DNA of 64,000 nucleotides from Patescibacteria group bacterium (GCA_963169855.1 CAUJCN010000001.1:17828-81827), one strand, 5' to 3'; positions 9,771 to 20,681 are shown, counted from the stretch's first letter. Notes: generated by a model from the sequence alone, not told the origin. Numbers and translations: made by a program.

Positions 9771-10351
9771 GCTTCTACTCCCAATCCAAAAACACTTTGA
9801 AGTGTAAATCGAACTGCTTCCTCAACCTCTTTTGCTATCAACAGCAATTCGATATCTGCGTAAATAGCATTTAGGTATTCCAAAGGAACATCTACATATT
9901 CTGCGTTGGATACACTCTCGAAAACTTCTAAATCATTATTGTCTCCGTTCCATTCTATTCTAGAAAGGAAAATCTTAAATTCCCTAGCAAATCTCTCTTC
10001 AGAATCAATTAACTCACCAACTTGGGTTTCTTGGGAATCCATTGCAAGTAGTTCGCTGAGTGGCATTTCATCTTTTACAGAACACATTTCAGTATAGTAT
10101 TTTGTTGTTCTTGACTGAATAGCCAAAGCTCTAGCAATTTGTAACACGTATTCACTCCAGATTTCTCCAGTAACATCGTTAGTCTTTCTGTTATGGAATA
10201 AATCACAGATATGTAGCCATTTTGTTAGGAATACTCCACTACACTCAGGAGAGGAAAGAAGTTCTGAAAGACACTTAGAAACAAAAAGTGTCGGAAGTTC
10301 AAAAGAAATTTCTATCTCTGATTTCAAACCTTTTTGAAAATCTTCTAACAT
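9767..10351 (-). CDS. hypothetical protein
   Basis: 194-aa ORF with coding-like composition. No recognisable motifs. Confidence 0.4.
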   Translation of the reverse strand: MLEDFQKGLKSEIEISFELPTLFVSKCLSELLSSPECSGVFLTKWLHICDLFHNRKTNDVTGEIWSEYVLQIARALAIQSRTTKYYTEMCSVKDEMPLSELLAMDSQETQVGELIDSEERFAREFKIFLSRIEWNGDNNDLEVFESVSNAEYVDVPLEYLNAIYADIELLLIAKEVEEAVRFTLQSVFGLGVEA

Positions 10352-10457
10352 ATTGTTTATTAATTACGGTGATTTTATCTTTTGGTAACAAAATTGTAAA
10401 TACAACTTGATAATACTTTTTTAATTTGTAATAATCCGAGAATTTAGAACAAATAAT

Positions 10458-11294
10458 ATGATGGCATTAAAAAATTTAGCTTCAAAGGTTGTAAATGGAT
10501 TAGCTTTAAACTACGCGTTGGCAAATCCCTTCTTCACGGAAACAGAACAACATTTCCATTTAAGACAAGATGAATTTGGTCGATTGAATTTAAATAACGA
10601 GGCAGTAACCATTGTTAAGGAAATTGCTGAATCTACCAATTTAAATAAGCTAAAGAGAAGACTTAGGACATTTTTAGGAGCTTTGAGTGATTCTTACATA
10701 AAGAACTACATCAAAGAAAGACATGCAAAAACTCCATTTTCTAGCACAATAGAAGAAGATGGAAACCCTGAAGGACTAACTCAAAAAGAGATGCAAAACC
10801 GAAGAGTAGACTGTAGAGAACTTGTAGAACTTGCAGTTCAATTTAGAATCATCGATAGCGAAATTGCAACTATAATCATTGAGTCTGGAATTCATTTAAG
10901 CACTTGCTTATTCGGAGATCACCTGACTTATGAATTTGCAGACTATCTACATTCTAAGAGTGCTAATATTTCCGATGAAGCATTGGCAAAATTTGTTTCT
11001 GAGTATATAACTGGAATGGGTAGTACTGAAATTCTAAAAGAGCAATACGCGTTTAGAGGTTTAAACAGATTTGTGGATTACATGTTAGAAAGAAAACCTG
11101 ATTTGTTAATGGATTTCGTCGGGCAATTAGAAGGAATTATCGAGAATCCTTTGGATACAACTTCGACACAGCAATGGAATGCAACACTAATTCTTTCTGG
11201 AATATTAGACAGATTAGAAAAGGATGCTCATCCAGAGTTAGCTGCCTATGTTAGAGCAGTTCTAGCAAAAGCTCCATCGATTTCGGAATTGTAA
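10458..11294 (+). CDS. hypothetical protein
   Basis: 278-aa ORF. No recognisable motifs. Confidence 0.4.
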   Translation: MMALKNLASKVVNGLALNYALANPFFTETEQHFHLRQDEFGRLNLNNEAVTIVKEIAESTNLNKLKRRLRTFLGALSDSYIKNYIKERHAKTPFSSTIEEDGNPEGLTQKEMQNRRVDCRELVELAVQFRIIDSEIATIIIESGIHLSTCLFGDHLTYEFADYLHSKSANISDEALAKFVSEYITGMGSTEILKEQYAFRGLNRFVDYMLERKPDLLMDFVGQLEGIIENPLDTTSTQQWNATLILSGILDRLEKDAHPELAAYVRAVLAKAPSISEL

Positions 11295-11343
11295 AATACT
11301 TCCACCAAGCAGAATAGCCCGATTCTTGTTATAATATCGGGCT

Positions 11344-12789
11344 ATGAACACAGAAACTATACTTAGATTCGACAATGTAAACTTCGGATATAAAAACAAG
11401 CCGATTCTTTCTGATGCCAGTTTCTCAATAAAAAAGAACTCTAAGACGACTATTATTGGTCAAAATGGTGCTGGCAAAAGTACGATCTTCAAACTAATCA
11501 CAAAGGTGTTAAAACCTGATTCTGGTAATATTTTCATGGATCAATATGCAACTGTTGGAATAGCTTTACAAATGATTCCTCACGAAAAACTCGACTTGAA
11601 CCTTAAAGAATTCTTTGAAACAGCTTTTGAAGAACCAAATTACGCAATTGATAAAAAAATTGCTCAGGTTATGGATGTAGTTAATTTAAAACTGGACTTG
11701 ACAAAGAAAGTTCGAGATCTGTCTGGAGGGCAAAAAGCAAGACTTTTATTGGCATTCGCAATCATCCAAGACCCGGATATTTTATTACTTGATGAACCTA
11801 CAAATAATTTAGACAGAGCTGGAATAGAACATCTAACAATGTTCCTTATAAATTATCCAAAAACATGTATTGTAATTTCCCACGATGCTGATTTCTTAAA
11901 TTCTTTCACTGACGGGGTTCTGAATTTAGACGTTCATACCAAGAAAGTTGAACAATATGTAGGAAACTACTACGACCTTTTAGAAAAAATCGAAGTTCAG
12001 TTAGAAAAAGATAGAATGCAGAATGCTCGAATGCAAAAAGCAATTTCCGATAACTACGAAAAAATTAACTTCTTCAAAAAGAAAAGTGCTCAGATGAATA
12101 AGATTGCTAAAAAACTTGAAGTAAAAGTTGAGGAAGCTCAAGACAATATGGTCGAAGCTCGGAAAGATGACAAGACAATTCCAGCATTTAAAATTGAAGA
12201 ACAACACGTTCCCAGAATAACTGCAGAACTAACCTCAGTTTCGTTTTTAAAGAATGGAGAACAAGTTTCTAAACCTGTTCAAATCAGATTAAGAAAAGGA
12301 GATCGACTTTTAATCGCAGGACCAAACGGAATTGGAAAAAGTACACTTTTGAAAGCAATGTTAGAAAGAAAAGCTGAAGGTACATTTATAGACGACGAAA
12401 CTAAGATCGGCTACTACAGTCAAGATTTCTCTGAACTGAATTTCGAAGATACCGTTCAAAAAGCATTACTTGATGTGATGGAGGATAAGAATATGAAGGA
12501 TCTTTACGCAACAGCTGCAAGATTCTTAATTACTCCAGACATGATGCAAAATCAAATTGGAACATTATCCGAAGGGCAGAAAGGTTTACTGTGTTATGCA
12601 AGGTTTGTTCTTCAAAAACCTGGAATTTTAATTATGGATGAACCTACAAACCACATCAACTTTAGACACTTGCCCGTTATCGCTCAAGCACTTGTTGATT
12701 ACCAAGGAGCAATGATTATAATCTCACACGACGAAGGATTCGTAAGACAACTTGGCATTGAAGAAATTCTAGACTTAGGTAGAATGTAA
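11344..12789 (+). CDS. ABC-F family ATPase (tandem ABC domains, no TMD)
   Basis: Two Walker A (GQNGAGKST; GPNGIGKST), two signature motifs (LSGGQKARLLLA; LSEGQKGLLCYA) and an inter-domain linker. 481 aa. Confidence 0.85.
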   Translation: MNTETILRFDNVNFGYKNKPILSDASFSIKKNSKTTIIGQNGAGKSTIFKLITKVLKPDSGNIFMDQYATVGIALQMIPHEKLDLNLKEFFETAFEEPNYAIDKKIAQVMDVVNLKLDLTKKVRDLSGGQKARLLLAFAIIQDPDILLLDEPTNNLDRAGIEHLTMFLINYPKTCIVISHDADFLNSFTDGVLNLDVHTKKVEQYVGNYYDLLEKIEVQLEKDRMQNARMQKAISDNYEKINFFKKKSAQMNKIAKKLEVKVEEAQDNMVEARKDDKTIPAFKIEEQHVPRITAELTSVSFLKNGEQVSKPVQIRLRKGDRLLIAGPNGIGKSTLLKAMLERKAEGTFIDDETKIGYYSQDFSELNFEDTVQKALLDVMEDKNMKDLYATAARFLITPDMMQNQIGTLSEGQKGLLCYARFVLQKPGILIMDEPTNHINFRHLPVIAQALVDYQGAMIIISHDEGFVRQLGIEEILDLGRM

Positions 12790-12805
12790 TTGTTAACTCA
12801 GTTAC

Positions 12806-13420
12806 ATGCCAAAAATAGACTTTAAGAAAACACTTCCATCTTACAAAGCTAAGAAAGGTAAATTCGAAATTATCGTAATTCCTAAACTTCAATATTTAAT
12901 GATAGATGGTACAGGCGATCCGAATACTTCAACAGAATTTAAGGATGCGATTGAAACTCTTTTTCCCGTTGCTTACAAACTAAAATTCTTCAGTAAAATT
13001 GAACTAAATAGAGACTACACTGTTGGACCATTAGAAGGACTTTGGTGGGCAGACGACATGAGTAAATTTACTTCGGACAGAGATAAATCAAAATGGAACT
13101 GGACAGCCATGATAATTACTCCAGATTGGATTACTAAAAAGATGTTTGTAGACGTTTTAGAAAAACTTAAAGAAAAGCATTTGAAATCAGTTTCCAAAAT
13201 TAGGCTCGAAACCTTAGATGAAAGGCTTGCAGTGCAGACATTACACATAGGGTCATTCGATAATGAAGGAGAAATTTTAGAAGAAATGCATAGTAAATTC
13301 ATTCCGGCAAATAATCTTAAAATGACAGGAAAACACCACGAAATCTATTTGAGTGATTTTAGAAAGGTTAGAGCTGACAAACTCCGCACAATTCTTAGAC
13401 AGCCTGTTGCCAAAATATAG
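12806..13420 (+). CDS. GyrI-like small-molecule-binding domain protein
   Basis: 204 aa. C-terminal ...HHEIYLSDFRKV is typical of GyrI-like/AraC effector-binding domains. Confidence 0.55.
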   Translation: MPKIDFKKTLPSYKAKKGKFEIIVIPKLQYLMIDGTGDPNTSTEFKDAIETLFPVAYKLKFFSKIELNRDYTVGPLEGLWWADDMSKFTSDRDKSKWNWTAMIITPDWITKKMFVDVLEKLKEKHLKSVSKIRLETLDERLAVQTLHIGSFDNEGEILEEMHSKFIPANNLKMTGKHHEIYLSDFRKVRADKLRTILRQPVAKI

Positions 13421-13474
13421 AGACTTCCCCTTCCATTTTCGTATATAAATAAGATATAATCCCGTAGCTTTTTT

Positions 13475-14080
13475 ATGAATATGGACCAACCAATTAGAGG
13501 ACAAGATGCAAATTTAGATGAAAGAATTAAAGGGATATTTGGTGAGTTCGCTATTTTTCAGCAAGATTTGCCATTTCATGCAGAAGCTCTAGCTCAAGTT
13601 ACGGTAATTGCATTCAATAATTGTGTTCACTGGCTTAGAACTCCAGAGAATATTACTAACCAAGAAGTCAATGCCTTAGCTGGTATGATGTGGACTCTTA
13701 TAGAGAAGAAGATCGTAGCTACAGCCATGCACAATGGAGTCCCTCACTTAACTTTTGCAGTTATTGAGAACAGAACTAATGGAGTACAAACTCCAGTACT
13801 TCTAATTCCACCTAATTTTGTAAAGCAAGTACAAACAAATCCGCTAAAGGAACTTGGATCTTTTGTATTCTACTCACGTCAAATTGCAGGATTTATTAGA
13901 GATGAAATAGATGGGTCTGAGGAAAAAAGAAAAGAGTTGGAGATTGAGAGCTACAAGCTTGAAGCTTCGTTTTTAGAAAGTGTTTTTCAACAGTATCCAG
14001 CAGTTGAGCCGAGTGAATACCACCAAAAAGTGATGGCTTTTGGACGAGGTGAGATTACTTATGATGAATTTCGATCATGA
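13475..14080 (+). CDS. hypothetical protein
   Basis: 201-aa ORF. Stop overlaps the next gene's start (ATGA). Confidence 0.4.
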   Translation: MNMDQPIRGQDANLDERIKGIFGEFAIFQQDLPFHAEALAQVTVIAFNNCVHWLRTPENITNQEVNALAGMMWTLIEKKIVATAMHNGVPHLTFAVIENRTNGVQTPVLLIPPNFVKQVQTNPLKELGSFVFYSRQIAGFIRDEIDGSEEKRKELEIESYKLEASFLESVFQQYPAVEPSEYHQKVMAFGRGEITYDEFRS

Positions 14081-14532
14081 GTTTTGCAACCGGACACGAC
14101 GAAACAGATTTTGTTGGAGATAACAAAAAAATTAACTCCATGCTAAAACAGTGTGTGGGCGAAATTGCTATCCAAACAGGAATAGTTATTCCACTTAGTA
14201 AATTCAAAGGATTTTTAGATACAAAAAGTACAGAACTTGCAAATTTCCATTGTGATCTTTTAGATTACCCATTGCGTGAGTTAAAGGAAACTTATTACAT
14301 CACTAAAGTCAGCGGTTCTGAGAACGCTTTCAGTATGATCTTAATCGACACAGACGACCAAACTTATCAATGCGAATTTACTTTTAAAAGAGTAAAAGGT
14401 GAAGCTATAGTAGATGTTTATAAAAGCGAAGAAATCACAAGATACGAAACTGCAGATGGAGAGATTCTTTTGCGTGAATATTATTGCGATGGGAAATCAG
14501 AGTTCTCTATCATAGAAGCCAGAGAATTATAG
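14077..14532 (+). CDS. hypothetical protein, member of a local paralogous family (with 20189..20677 and 21047..21544)
   Basis: Shares the C-terminal motif KSEEITRYETADGE with 20189-ORF (KSEEITRYKTVDNK) and QTYQCEF with 21047-ORF (VLYQCKY). Confidence 0.45.
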   Translation: MSFATGHDETDFVGDNKKINSMLKQCVGEIAIQTGIVIPLSKFKGFLDTKSTELANFHCDLLDYPLRELKETYYITKVSGSENAFSMILIDTDDQTYQCEFTFKRVKGEAIVDVYKSEEITRYETADGEILLREYYCDGKSEFSIIEAREL

Positions 14533-16647
14533 CTTTATAAAAATCTTTATATCTACTGAAACTGCTTTGTCTTTAGTTAACATTAAAGGATTAATGTCCA
14601 TTGAAGAAATTTCTGGGTAAAGTAAAACTAGTTTCTGTACAGATTCAATCGTGTCTAACAGTTTATCTTCAGCAAGTTTGTCTTTTCCTCTAGCACCTTC
14701 AATAATTTTATAAACTTTTGTGGATTTTAATTTTTTGAAAATTTCATCAATTGAGGCTGGAACCAAACTGTAAACGATGTCTTTATAAACTTCTGTATAA
14801 ATACCTCCTTTTCCAAAAGCTATCAAATGACCAAAACCTCCTTCAGAGGAATCGTAAACTTTGCTACTACCATCTCTTTTTACACCAACGAAGATTTCTT
14901 CATCAGCTTTTAGTTGTTCTTGAACCAAAATTTTTGGATGTTTCGATTGTAAAGAAACAAGTGAATACAATTTGATGTAAGATTCAACTAAATCATAGTT
15001 ACTATTTATATTCAGGTAAAGTGCTTTTTGATCTGTCTTATGAACAATGGCACCTGTAGGAGCTTTGATTACCACTGGATATAAATCTTGAGCAAATGCT
15101 ACTGCCTCTTCACTATGTTCGGTAAGTTTTTGTTTTGGAATAACAATTCCAACTTCCTCCGCAAGCTTCGCTACTAAATTTTCATCGAGTGCTTTATCAG
15201 AATCTGTAACTAAAGACTGTATTTCACTTCTATATTTCCCTTTGCCTAGTAAATTTGAAATTTTTACGGAACGTCTAGATTCTTCATTATTTTTCAGGTG
15301 AGCAGAGTAGTTGTACAAAGCAGCTAACGTTTCTATTGCGCTACTGATATCTTTGTAAGCTGGAACTTTATTATCGTAGAATCTTTTTAGTGCATAAGAA
15401 ACATATCTTCCTCCGAGAAAAACTGGAATAATTGGTTTATCTGAAACTTTAAAGTTATTGATAACAATCTTTGCCGTTTCTTCAACTTCAGTGACCAACT
15501 GTGGAGTAAGAATCACGATTATTGCATCTAAATTTTCATCTTGAACCATTATTTCCAATGCAGATTTATATCTTTCTGAATCAGCATCTCCAATCACATC
15601 AACAGGATTATGTATATTTGAATTCTCTGGAAGATTCTCTTTCAATTGTTTTTGAATATCATCAGATAAGACATTCAACTCAAAATTATTTTTTATTATA
15701 AAATCAGTTGCAATTATTCCTGGCCCACCAGCGTTTGTTAGTAGTCCAACTCTTTTTCCTTTTGGAAGTTTTGACCAGGCAAACCCTTGCAGATAATTAA
15801 ACATTGAGTCGATATCTTTTGCTACAGTAATTCCTGATTGCTGCATTGCAGTTTCAAAAACCTCAATCGATCCAGCTAATGACCCTGTGTGAGAAGCTAT
15901 TGCCAACTGACTTTCTTCGGATTCACCAGGTTTAAAAATAACTAAAGGTTTTTTAGTTTTCGATTCATTGTAAATTTTTGCGAGATCATGACCCGAATGT
16001 ACATCTTCTAAATAAGCTCCTATAACTGAAACATTATCATCTGCCAACCACTCTGTAACGAAATCGTTTTCATTTAAATCAGATTTGTTTCCAATCGAAA
16101 CCAAATGAGAAAAGCCTAAATTACTATCTAGAGACATATCCAACATAGCTGTGCAGAAAGCACCTGATTGCGATAAAAAAGCAATATTACCTTCGATTGC
16201 ATTAGTTGCTGCAAAAGAGAGGTTCACTTTGTTTTTTGTATCCATCGAGCCTAAACAGTTTGGACCTAGAATTCTAATATTGTATTTTGCTGCTGTATCT
16301 AGAATCTGTTCCTCAAGTTTTTTACCTTCTTCACCAGTTTCGCCAAACCCAGCTGTAATAATTACTGCTCCTTGTACTTTCTTCTTTCCTGCATCTTCAA
16401 GAACATCATTAACAAATTTTGGAGGGACAACTATGCAAACAACATCAACATCTTCTGGAATGTCGCTAACCTTGGCATAACATTTATGTTTGAAAATATC
16501 TGTGTACTTTGGGTTTACAGGAAAAAGTTTACCTGAGTAACCTGCACTTATCATATTTGTAAAAACAACAGAACCAAGTTTAGTCGGATCGGAAGAAACT
16601 CCTACAACAGCTACAGATTTTGGATTAAACAAAAAGTCGAAATTCAT
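14527..16647 (-). CDS. acetyl-CoA synthetase (ADP-forming), fused alpha/beta (NDP-forming acyl-CoA synthetase)
   Basis: 706 aa. N-terminal FLFNPKSVAVVGVSSDP CoA-binding domain, succinyl-CoA-synthetase-like flavodoxin and ligase-CoA domains, C-terminal ATP-grasp. Confidence 0.8.
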   Translation of the reverse strand: MNFDFLFNPKSVAVVGVSSDPTKLGSVVFTNMISAGYSGKLFPVNPKYTDIFKHKCYAKVSDIPEDVDVVCIVVPPKFVNDVLEDAGKKKVQGAVIITAGFGETGEEGKKLEEQILDTAAKYNIRILGPNCLGSMDTKNKVNLSFAATNAIEGNIAFLSQSGAFCTAMLDMSLDSNLGFSHLVSIGNKSDLNENDFVTEWLADDNVSVIGAYLEDVHSGHDLAKIYNESKTKKPLVIFKPGESEESQLAIASHTGSLAGSIEVFETAMQQSGITVAKDIDSMFNYLQGFAWSKLPKGKRVGLLTNAGGPGIIATDFIIKNNFELNVLSDDIQKQLKENLPENSNIHNPVDVIGDADSERYKSALEIMVQDENLDAIIVILTPQLVTEVEETAKIVINNFKVSDKPIIPVFLGGRYVSYALKRFYDNKVPAYKDISSAIETLAALYNYSAHLKNNEESRRSVKISNLLGKGKYRSEIQSLVTDSDKALDENLVAKLAEEVGIVIPKQKLTEHSEEAVAFAQDLYPVVIKAPTGAIVHKTDQKALYLNINSNYDLVESYIKLYSLVSLQSKHPKILVQEQLKADEEIFVGVKRDGSSKVYDSSEGGFGHLIAFGKGGIYTEVYKDIVYSLVPASIDEIFKKLKSTKVYKIIEGARGKDKLAEDKLLDTIESVQKLVLLYPEISSMDINPLMLTKDKAVSVDIKIFIKL

Positions 16648-16894
16648 ACTAATATTGTACAGTAGTTAAAGATTGATAGAAAGCCAGGAGATCTAGGTTT
16701 GGATGCTAAGTAGTAGGTTTAAGGTTCAGGTACTAGTTTGATGCTCTATATCTTAATCTTATTCCTGCTTAGAACCACAAGCCCTAAACCTTTATACCTT
16801 TAATCTTTTATCTTTAACGCAGGAAATGGTAAAATAATATAGGGTCCTAATTAATAAGTACTTATTAAAACATATTACTTGTTACTTTCTTCTT

Positions 16895-17140
16895 ATGGGA
16901 CTAATAGTTTCACTTATTGTAGGTTTAATAGCAGGAGCACTCGCGGGTCAGTTTGTTAAAGGCAGAGGTTTCGGCTTAGTTGGTGACACCTTAATTGGTT
17001 TTGTCGGAGGTTTAGTCGGAGGATTAGTTTTCGGTCTTCTTGGACTTGAATCTAGCGGAGGAATTATTGGTTCAATTGTAGTTTCATTTGTTGGAGCAGT
17101 TATATTCCTTGCAATTACTAAATCGTTTGTCAAAGCTTAA
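16895..17140 (+). CDS. GlsB/YeaQ/YmgE (transglycosylase-associated) stress-response membrane protein
   Basis: 81 aa. GLIVSLIVGLIAGALAG...GFVGGLVGGLVFGLLG Gly-zipper TM pattern of PF04226. Confidence 0.75.
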   Translation: MGLIVSLIVGLIAGALAGQFVKGRGFGLVGDTLIGFVGGLVGGLVFGLLGLESSGGIIGSIVVSFVGAVIFLAITKSFVKA

Positions 17141-17160
17141 TATTTTTTAAAACTAAGATT

Positions 17161-17580
17161 ATGGCAAAGAAACAACAAAATAATAATATTCTAGGAAAAG
17201 TTGCTGCAGGTGCTGCAATTGTTGGCGCTGGAGCGTTGGCAGCAAAAGTTTTATCGGATGAAGATAACAGAAAGAAAATAGGAAGTGCTTTAAATGATGC
17301 TAAAGAGAAAGGACAGGAAATCGTGGAAAACGTAAAAGATCGATTTACAGAATCCATAGAAACACTAAGAGCAGAATACGATGATCTCGTAGAGAAGATT
17401 GAGTCAAAGGTTGAAGATGCGAAGAATAGCAAACATTATAAAGATCTCCAGGCAAATGCTAAAAAGTTAGGAAAGAACTTTGATGACTTTAAAGACGGTG
17501 CCGAAGATAAAGGAAAAGAAGCTTTCGAGGAATTAAAAACAAAGATCTTAGAGTTAAGAGAAAGTCTTGAAGCAGCCTAA
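17161..17580 (+). CDS. YtxH-like general stress protein (coiled-coil, N-terminal membrane anchor)
   Basis: 139 aa. Gly/Ala-rich anchor then charged coiled coil. Terminator hairpin follows. Confidence 0.45.
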   Translation: MAKKQQNNNILGKVAAGAAIVGAGALAAKVLSDEDNRKKIGSALNDAKEKGQEIVENVKDRFTESIETLRAEYDDLVEKIESKVEDAKNSKHYKDLQANAKKLGKNFDDFKDGAEDKGKEAFEELKTKILELRESLEAA

Positions 17581-17593
17581 ATTCGAATTCTGT

Positions 17594-17617
17594 GAATACC
17601 ACCTTCGAGTGGTATTC
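17594..17617. terminator. hairpin gaataccac-cttcga-gtggtattc downstream of 17161..17580
   Basis: Perfect 9-bp inverted repeat. Weak T-tract. Confidence 0.45.
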
Positions 17618-17643
17618 TTATGGAATTATAGTAAAATCACTAC

Positions 17644-18579
17644 ATGGACGACAGAATACTGGCTCTTTTAAGGAGAGTTCTTCAAAAAGTTGAATCAAAT
17701 TTAAAATTCACTAAAGTAACCAATAGTGACTCTACGAATGTTTACAAAATCATTAATGGAAAAGATATTTTGTACCTTCGAATTATGAAAGATAAAAAGG
17801 AAATGGTTTCTCCTCAGGTTTTTGCTCATGAAGAACTGCTTAAAGCTGGAGTAAAAGTTCCTAGATTCGTTTCTTGGGACGATGATAATGCAACTCTTGG
17901 AGGTTCCTATATGATTGTTAAAGAAATCCCAGGAATGTCTTTAGCTGATCTCAAAGAAAAAAACAGAGAGGAGTACGACAATTGTTTAGCAGATGTGCTT
18001 GAGGAAGTAGGAGAAGATATTGCTAGAACAACTTTCATAGAAACAAAAAAGTACGGTTGGATTAAACGAGAAAAAAGGAAAGCCAAAGAACTTATCGGCG
18101 AGATAGATTTTTACAAAGATTTTCTTTTTGGAAACTTTAATAAAAAAGTTTCTGATCTCGAAAAATTAGGATTCGAAACTTTCTCAGAAAACGATCTAGA
18201 TAAATTTAAAATGCTGACGTATAAATACATAGATGAAGTCGAACCAAATTTGTGCCACGGAGATTTCAATATGAATCATATCTACGTTAACAACGGCCGA
18301 TACTCAGGAATAATTGATTGGGGCGATATTAGATCAGCAAGTAACATATACGATCTTGCACACTTCACAGCATTTCATCCAAAAAACGAAATTCAAATCA
18401 GAAGTGGTTACGAAAGGTATATAAAAATTGATGATGAATTTGAAATGCAACTGTTATTAACAAGATTGGGAATTAGTGTAAACAAACTTTGGTGGATATC
18501 GAAAAACATTCCTGAGCGTTTTGCAGATCACAAATTAAAAGATTCAATTTTGAATGACATTCAAATACTCAAGAATTAA
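17644..18579 (+). CDS. aminoglycoside-phosphotransferase-like kinase (APH family)
   Basis: CHGDFNMNHIYV...GIIDWGDI matches the APH catalytic loop and DFG-equivalent. 311 aa. Confidence 0.6.
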   Translation: MDDRILALLRRVLQKVESNLKFTKVTNSDSTNVYKIINGKDILYLRIMKDKKEMVSPQVFAHEELLKAGVKVPRFVSWDDDNATLGGSYMIVKEIPGMSLADLKEKNREEYDNCLADVLEEVGEDIARTTFIETKKYGWIKREKRKAKELIGEIDFYKDFLFGNFNKKVSDLEKLGFETFSENDLDKFKMLTYKYIDEVEPNLCHGDFNMNHIYVNNGRYSGIIDWGDIRSASNIYDLAHFTAFHPKNEIQIRSGYERYIKIDDEFEMQLLLTRLGISVNKLWWISKNIPERFADHKLKDSILNDIQILKN

Positions 18580-19043
18580 GATTCACCTCTTTTAACTTTC
18601 TCCAACAAATCAAATATGTGCTTGAAGTTCTGAAAAAATTTCTCATATAAACTAAGACCTATTCCGTGCCTGTTCATATAATCTCTATACAAATCTTTAA
18701 AATCTTGAGTATTTAAAACTTCGGTCGCTAAGATATCTACTGGTCTACCATCAACAATAAACCATCCTGTTTCAGCACCACTAATATAAAATTTAGAATC
18801 AAATCTCGATTTATCTCGAGAATTTATTGCATCCATTACCTGCGTAAAGTTTACATTATCGTCTTTAGCAAGGTACAGTAACCTTGCCCCATTTGGGTTT
18901 TGCGGAGAAAGAAGGCTAATACTTAGAATTAAATCTTCTTCAAAGTAGTAAAGCAAGTTTCGATCAACTCCTCCTCTATATGTATTTAAATAATAGCCAA
19001 TCATATTAGTTTTAAATCGTTTGATTTTACCTCTATAACTCAA
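18576..19043 (-). CDS. hypothetical protein
   Basis: 155-aa ORF. Confidence 0.4.
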   Translation of the reverse strand: MSYRGKIKRFKTNMIGYYLNTYRGGVDRNLLYYFEEDLILSISLLSPQNPNGARLLYLAKDDNVNFTQVMDAINSRDKSRFDSKFYISGAETGWFIVDGRPVDILATEVLNTQDFKDLYRDYMNRHGIGLSLYEKFFQNFKHIFDLLEKVKRGES

Positions 19044-19073
19044 ATAATCAAGGAATTCCTGTATAATTTATTT

Positions 19074-20135
19074 ATGACCATTGAAGACATTTCTCGATTT
19101 CGCTTATCCAATCAGCACCTAGTTGGAGAAAAGTTTAAAACCGCTCATGAAGTTGTTTCTCATTTAGGAGCTGTTCAAGCTCAAGAATATTACGGTGGAT
19201 TATGGTCTGTTGGAATGAGGATGGAAAGTGCAACAGAAAAAGAGGTAGAGGAGGAAATTGCTAAAAAGAAAATTATTAGAACTTGGCCAATGCGAGGAAC
19301 AATTCATCTTGTTCCTGCAGAAGATGCTTATTCTTTGTTAATTCATCTAACACCAAGAATCAAAACAAAATACGCAAGCATGTTAAAGAAGCAAGGACTT
19401 TCTGACGAAGTTTTCGAAAAATCTGCGAAATTGTTGAAGTTTGCACTCAAAGGAAATAATGCTCTAACAAGAGAAGAAATTTACGAAATTCTTACAAAGC
19501 AAAATATTCCTACAAAAAATATGGCAGGAATGAATATTATTGCGATACTTTCTCAGCAAGCAGTTATTTGCGAAGGAGTTCGAAAAGGAAAACAACAAAC
19601 ATTTGTTTTGTTCGATGAATGGATCAAAGAATATAACAAACTTGATAAAGACGAAACAATAGCAAATCTTGCTCTGAAATATTTTACAAGTCACGGTCCC
19701 GCTACAATTAAAGATTTTATGTTCTGGTCGGGAACATTATTAGCAGAAGCAAAACTCGCGGTTGAAGCTATTCAATCAAAACTAGAAGTTTTTGAACTAG
19801 ATGGGTTCACCTACTACATGCACAAAAATTCCAAGATAGTAAAGTTTGATTCTCCAGTTGTTCATTTGCTCCAGCCTTTCGACGAGTTAACGATTTCTCA
19901 CAGGAACTACCACGCTACAATAGACGAAAAATTAATTGAGAAACTGAAAAGTTCAAATATGTTCTCTATGTTCACAATAGATGGGAAAGTTACAGGAACT
20001 TGGAAGAGAATCCTGAAAAAAGATAATGTTGATTTCGAAATCAACAAGTTTAGAAAACTGTCGAATATAGAGGAGAATGAACTAGACAAAGCAATCAAGC
20101 AATATACTAACTTCATAAGCAACTCTTCGAAATAA
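19074..20135 (+). CDS. YcaQ/AlkZ-family winged-helix DNA glycosylase-like protein (DUF1006/HTH_42)
   Basis: N-terminal ...SNQHLVGEKF...HLGAVQAQEY carries a Q-phi-Q motif as in AlkZ crosslink-unhooking glycosylases. 353 aa. Confidence 0.5.
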   Translation: MTIEDISRFRLSNQHLVGEKFKTAHEVVSHLGAVQAQEYYGGLWSVGMRMESATEKEVEEEIAKKKIIRTWPMRGTIHLVPAEDAYSLLIHLTPRIKTKYASMLKKQGLSDEVFEKSAKLLKFALKGNNALTREEIYEILTKQNIPTKNMAGMNIIAILSQQAVICEGVRKGKQQTFVLFDEWIKEYNKLDKDETIANLALKYFTSHGPATIKDFMFWSGTLLAEAKLAVEAIQSKLEVFELDGFTYYMHKNSKIVKFDSPVVHLLQPFDELTISHRNYHATIDEKLIEKLKSSNMFSMFTIDGKVTGTWKRILKKDNVDFEINKFRKLSNIEENELDKAIKQYTNFISNSSK

Positions 20136-20188
20136 ACTTGTATGTGTGGTGGCTTCAAGTATATAATCCCGTAAATCAATAGTATTAA

Positions 20189-20677
20189 ATGGAGTCACCT
20201 GGACAACTATCAGTCAAATTCGCTCATGAAAGTGCAGTTCATCAAAGACGCGTAAGTTTAATGCTGGAGACTCAAAAAGATATTCAGACACAAACAGGAT
20301 TGGAAATTGATTTAGGGTATTTGCTAGAAAGAGATAAGAGAAAAGAGGTTGCTTTTGAGAAATTTGGCTATGACTTCATAAAAGGAGGGTTACGATCCTT
20401 AAAGACAAAATACCAGATAAGAAGATTAGACGACAACTTGTATTCATCAGTTACACTTAATTCAATGTATCAAACAGTACTCATTCACTTTGGAACAGTA
20501 CAAACAGATGAAGGTCCAGATATTTTCATCACAAAAAGCGAAGAAATTACTAGATACAAAACTGTTGATAACAAGTTTATTTGGGTTTCTGGAATTTGGA
20601 CAAGGACAGGAAGTTTCGAGCTGGATGGAGAGGATAGAGGGGCTATGGAGTTTAGTATTTTTGAAATAGAAGAATAA
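20189..20677 (+). CDS. hypothetical protein, paralog family member
   Basis: See 14077..14532. KEVAFEKFGYDF resembles 21047-ORF KEWAFKGFSEHH. NKFIWVSG resembles QKIWISEF. Confidence 0.45.
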   Translation: MESPGQLSVKFAHESAVHQRRVSLMLETQKDIQTQTGLEIDLGYLLERDKRKEVAFEKFGYDFIKGGLRSLKTKYQIRRLDDNLYSSVTLNSMYQTVLIHFGTVQTDEGPDIFITKSEEITRYKTVDNKFIWVSGIWTRTGSFELDGEDRGAMEFSIFEIEE

Positions 20678-20681
20678 ATCT

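Noticed and set aside
17130-17432. Minus-strand 100-aa ORF overlapping the YtxH-like gene, and 16948..17133 (-) inside the GlsB gene
   Set aside because: Low-complexity translations entirely overlapped by better-supported plus-strand genes.
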